From contig NC_086109.1 in NCBI RefSeq assembly GCF_963921235.1, forward strand, positions 22,384,001-22,448,000: a DNA stretch of 64,000 nucleotides. The letters run 5' to 3'. Below the pieces are notes generated by a model. That model ran no database searches. It worked only from the letters and a program-made list of their open reading frames with translations, and had not been told where the DNA came from. Within the stretch, counting starts at the first letter, position 1, and the number at the start of each line of letters is the position of its first letter. Position numbers and translations under genes: made by a program. Origin of the DNA: Mobula hypostoma (Eukaryota). Positions 63,272 through 64,000 of this stretch are shown in pieces.

Positions 63272-63940
63272 AGTCATAGAGTAATAGAACAGTACAGCAC
63301 AGAAACAAGCACTTTGGCCTATATGGTTGATGCCAAAACTACTTAAGCTAACTACTCCCATCGACCGGCACCAGAACCAAAGCCCTTCATACCCTTCCCA
63401 TCCATGTAGCTAGTCAAATCTCTCTTAAATGTTGAAATTGAGCTCGCATGCACCACTTATGCTGGCAGCTCATTCCATACTCTCATGACCCTCTGAGTGA
63501 AGAAGTTTCCTCTCACGTTCCCCTTAAACTTTTCTCCTTTCCCCTGTAAACCAAGACTTCTGGTTGTAGTCCCAACCAACCTCAGTGGAAAAAGCCTGCT
63601 TGCATTTACCTTATCTATACACTCATAATTTTGTATAGCTCTATTAAATCTCTCAATGTTCTACATTCAAAACAATAAAGTCCTAACCTATTCAATCTTC
63701 CCTTATAACTCAGGTCTTTCAGACCCATTAACATCCTTGTAAATTTTCTCCGTACTCTTTCAACCTTATCTTTCCTGTAGGTAGGTGACCAAAACTGCAC
63801 ACATTACTCCAAATTAGGCCTCATCAACATCTCATGCAAATTCAACATACTATCCCATCTCCTATAATCAATACTTTGATTTATGAAAGCCACTGTGCCA
63901 AAAGCTTTCTTTATGACCCTATCGACCTGTTCTACCACTC
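63272..63940 (-). mobile_element. CR1 3' fragment
   Basis: QFWSPTYRKDKVERVRRKFTRML. Similar to 34467-35100. Confidence 0.85.
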
Positions 63941-64000
63941 AAAGAAGAAATTAGAAACCTGCTTGAATCCTTGTGTGGTTTTTCCATGGTGTCTGCATTG

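Noticed and set aside
1..64000. Prokaryotic systems (CRISPR arrays, retrons, defence operons)
   Set aside because: The DNA is a spliced vertebrate gene with dispersed repeats. The RT ORFs are CR1 or Rex LINE fragments, and there is no regularly spaced repeat array.
56837..64000. Catalytic-domain exons of PTPN22 (HCSAGCGRTG, EQY...)
   Set aside because: No matching exon was found by eye. They are presumed to lie beyond the window.

Overview
Repeat-dense vertebrate genomic DNA, most likely a cartilaginous fish such as a ray (inferred from the CR1, Rex/Babar, Penelope-like and HE1/V-SINE-like repeat mix). It is not prokaryotic, and I found no CRISPR array, operon, rRNA or tRNA gene. The window holds the 3' half of a PTPN22 (Lyp/PEP tyrosine phosphatase) gene on the minus strand. 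Nine coding exons, reconstructed by hand from GT-AG sites, splice in frame: 56833-56751, 40646-39805, 30970-30899, 30177-30065, 23088-23061, 21521-21427, 13636-13606, 11206-11126 and 4199-4138 (stop). They include the P1 motif PPPLPERTPESY and the C-terminal CTH motif FGFKNRFVKPKGARNPSPDWV. The catalytic-domain exons were not found and presumably lie beyond 64000. The introns are filled with CR1 LINEs (three near full length), Rex/Babar and RTE fragments, SINEs, Tc1/mariner and hAT MITEs and a possible solo LTR. The most notable non-coding signal is a set of about a dozen Penelope-like fragments carrying minimal type I hammerhead ribozyme motifs. Several are sense to the PTPN22 pre-mRNA, and three insertions share one fixed terminus with 12-13 bp target-site duplications. 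Exon numbers follow human PTPN22 from memory, and repeat boundaries are approximate unless a TSD or TIR is quoted.
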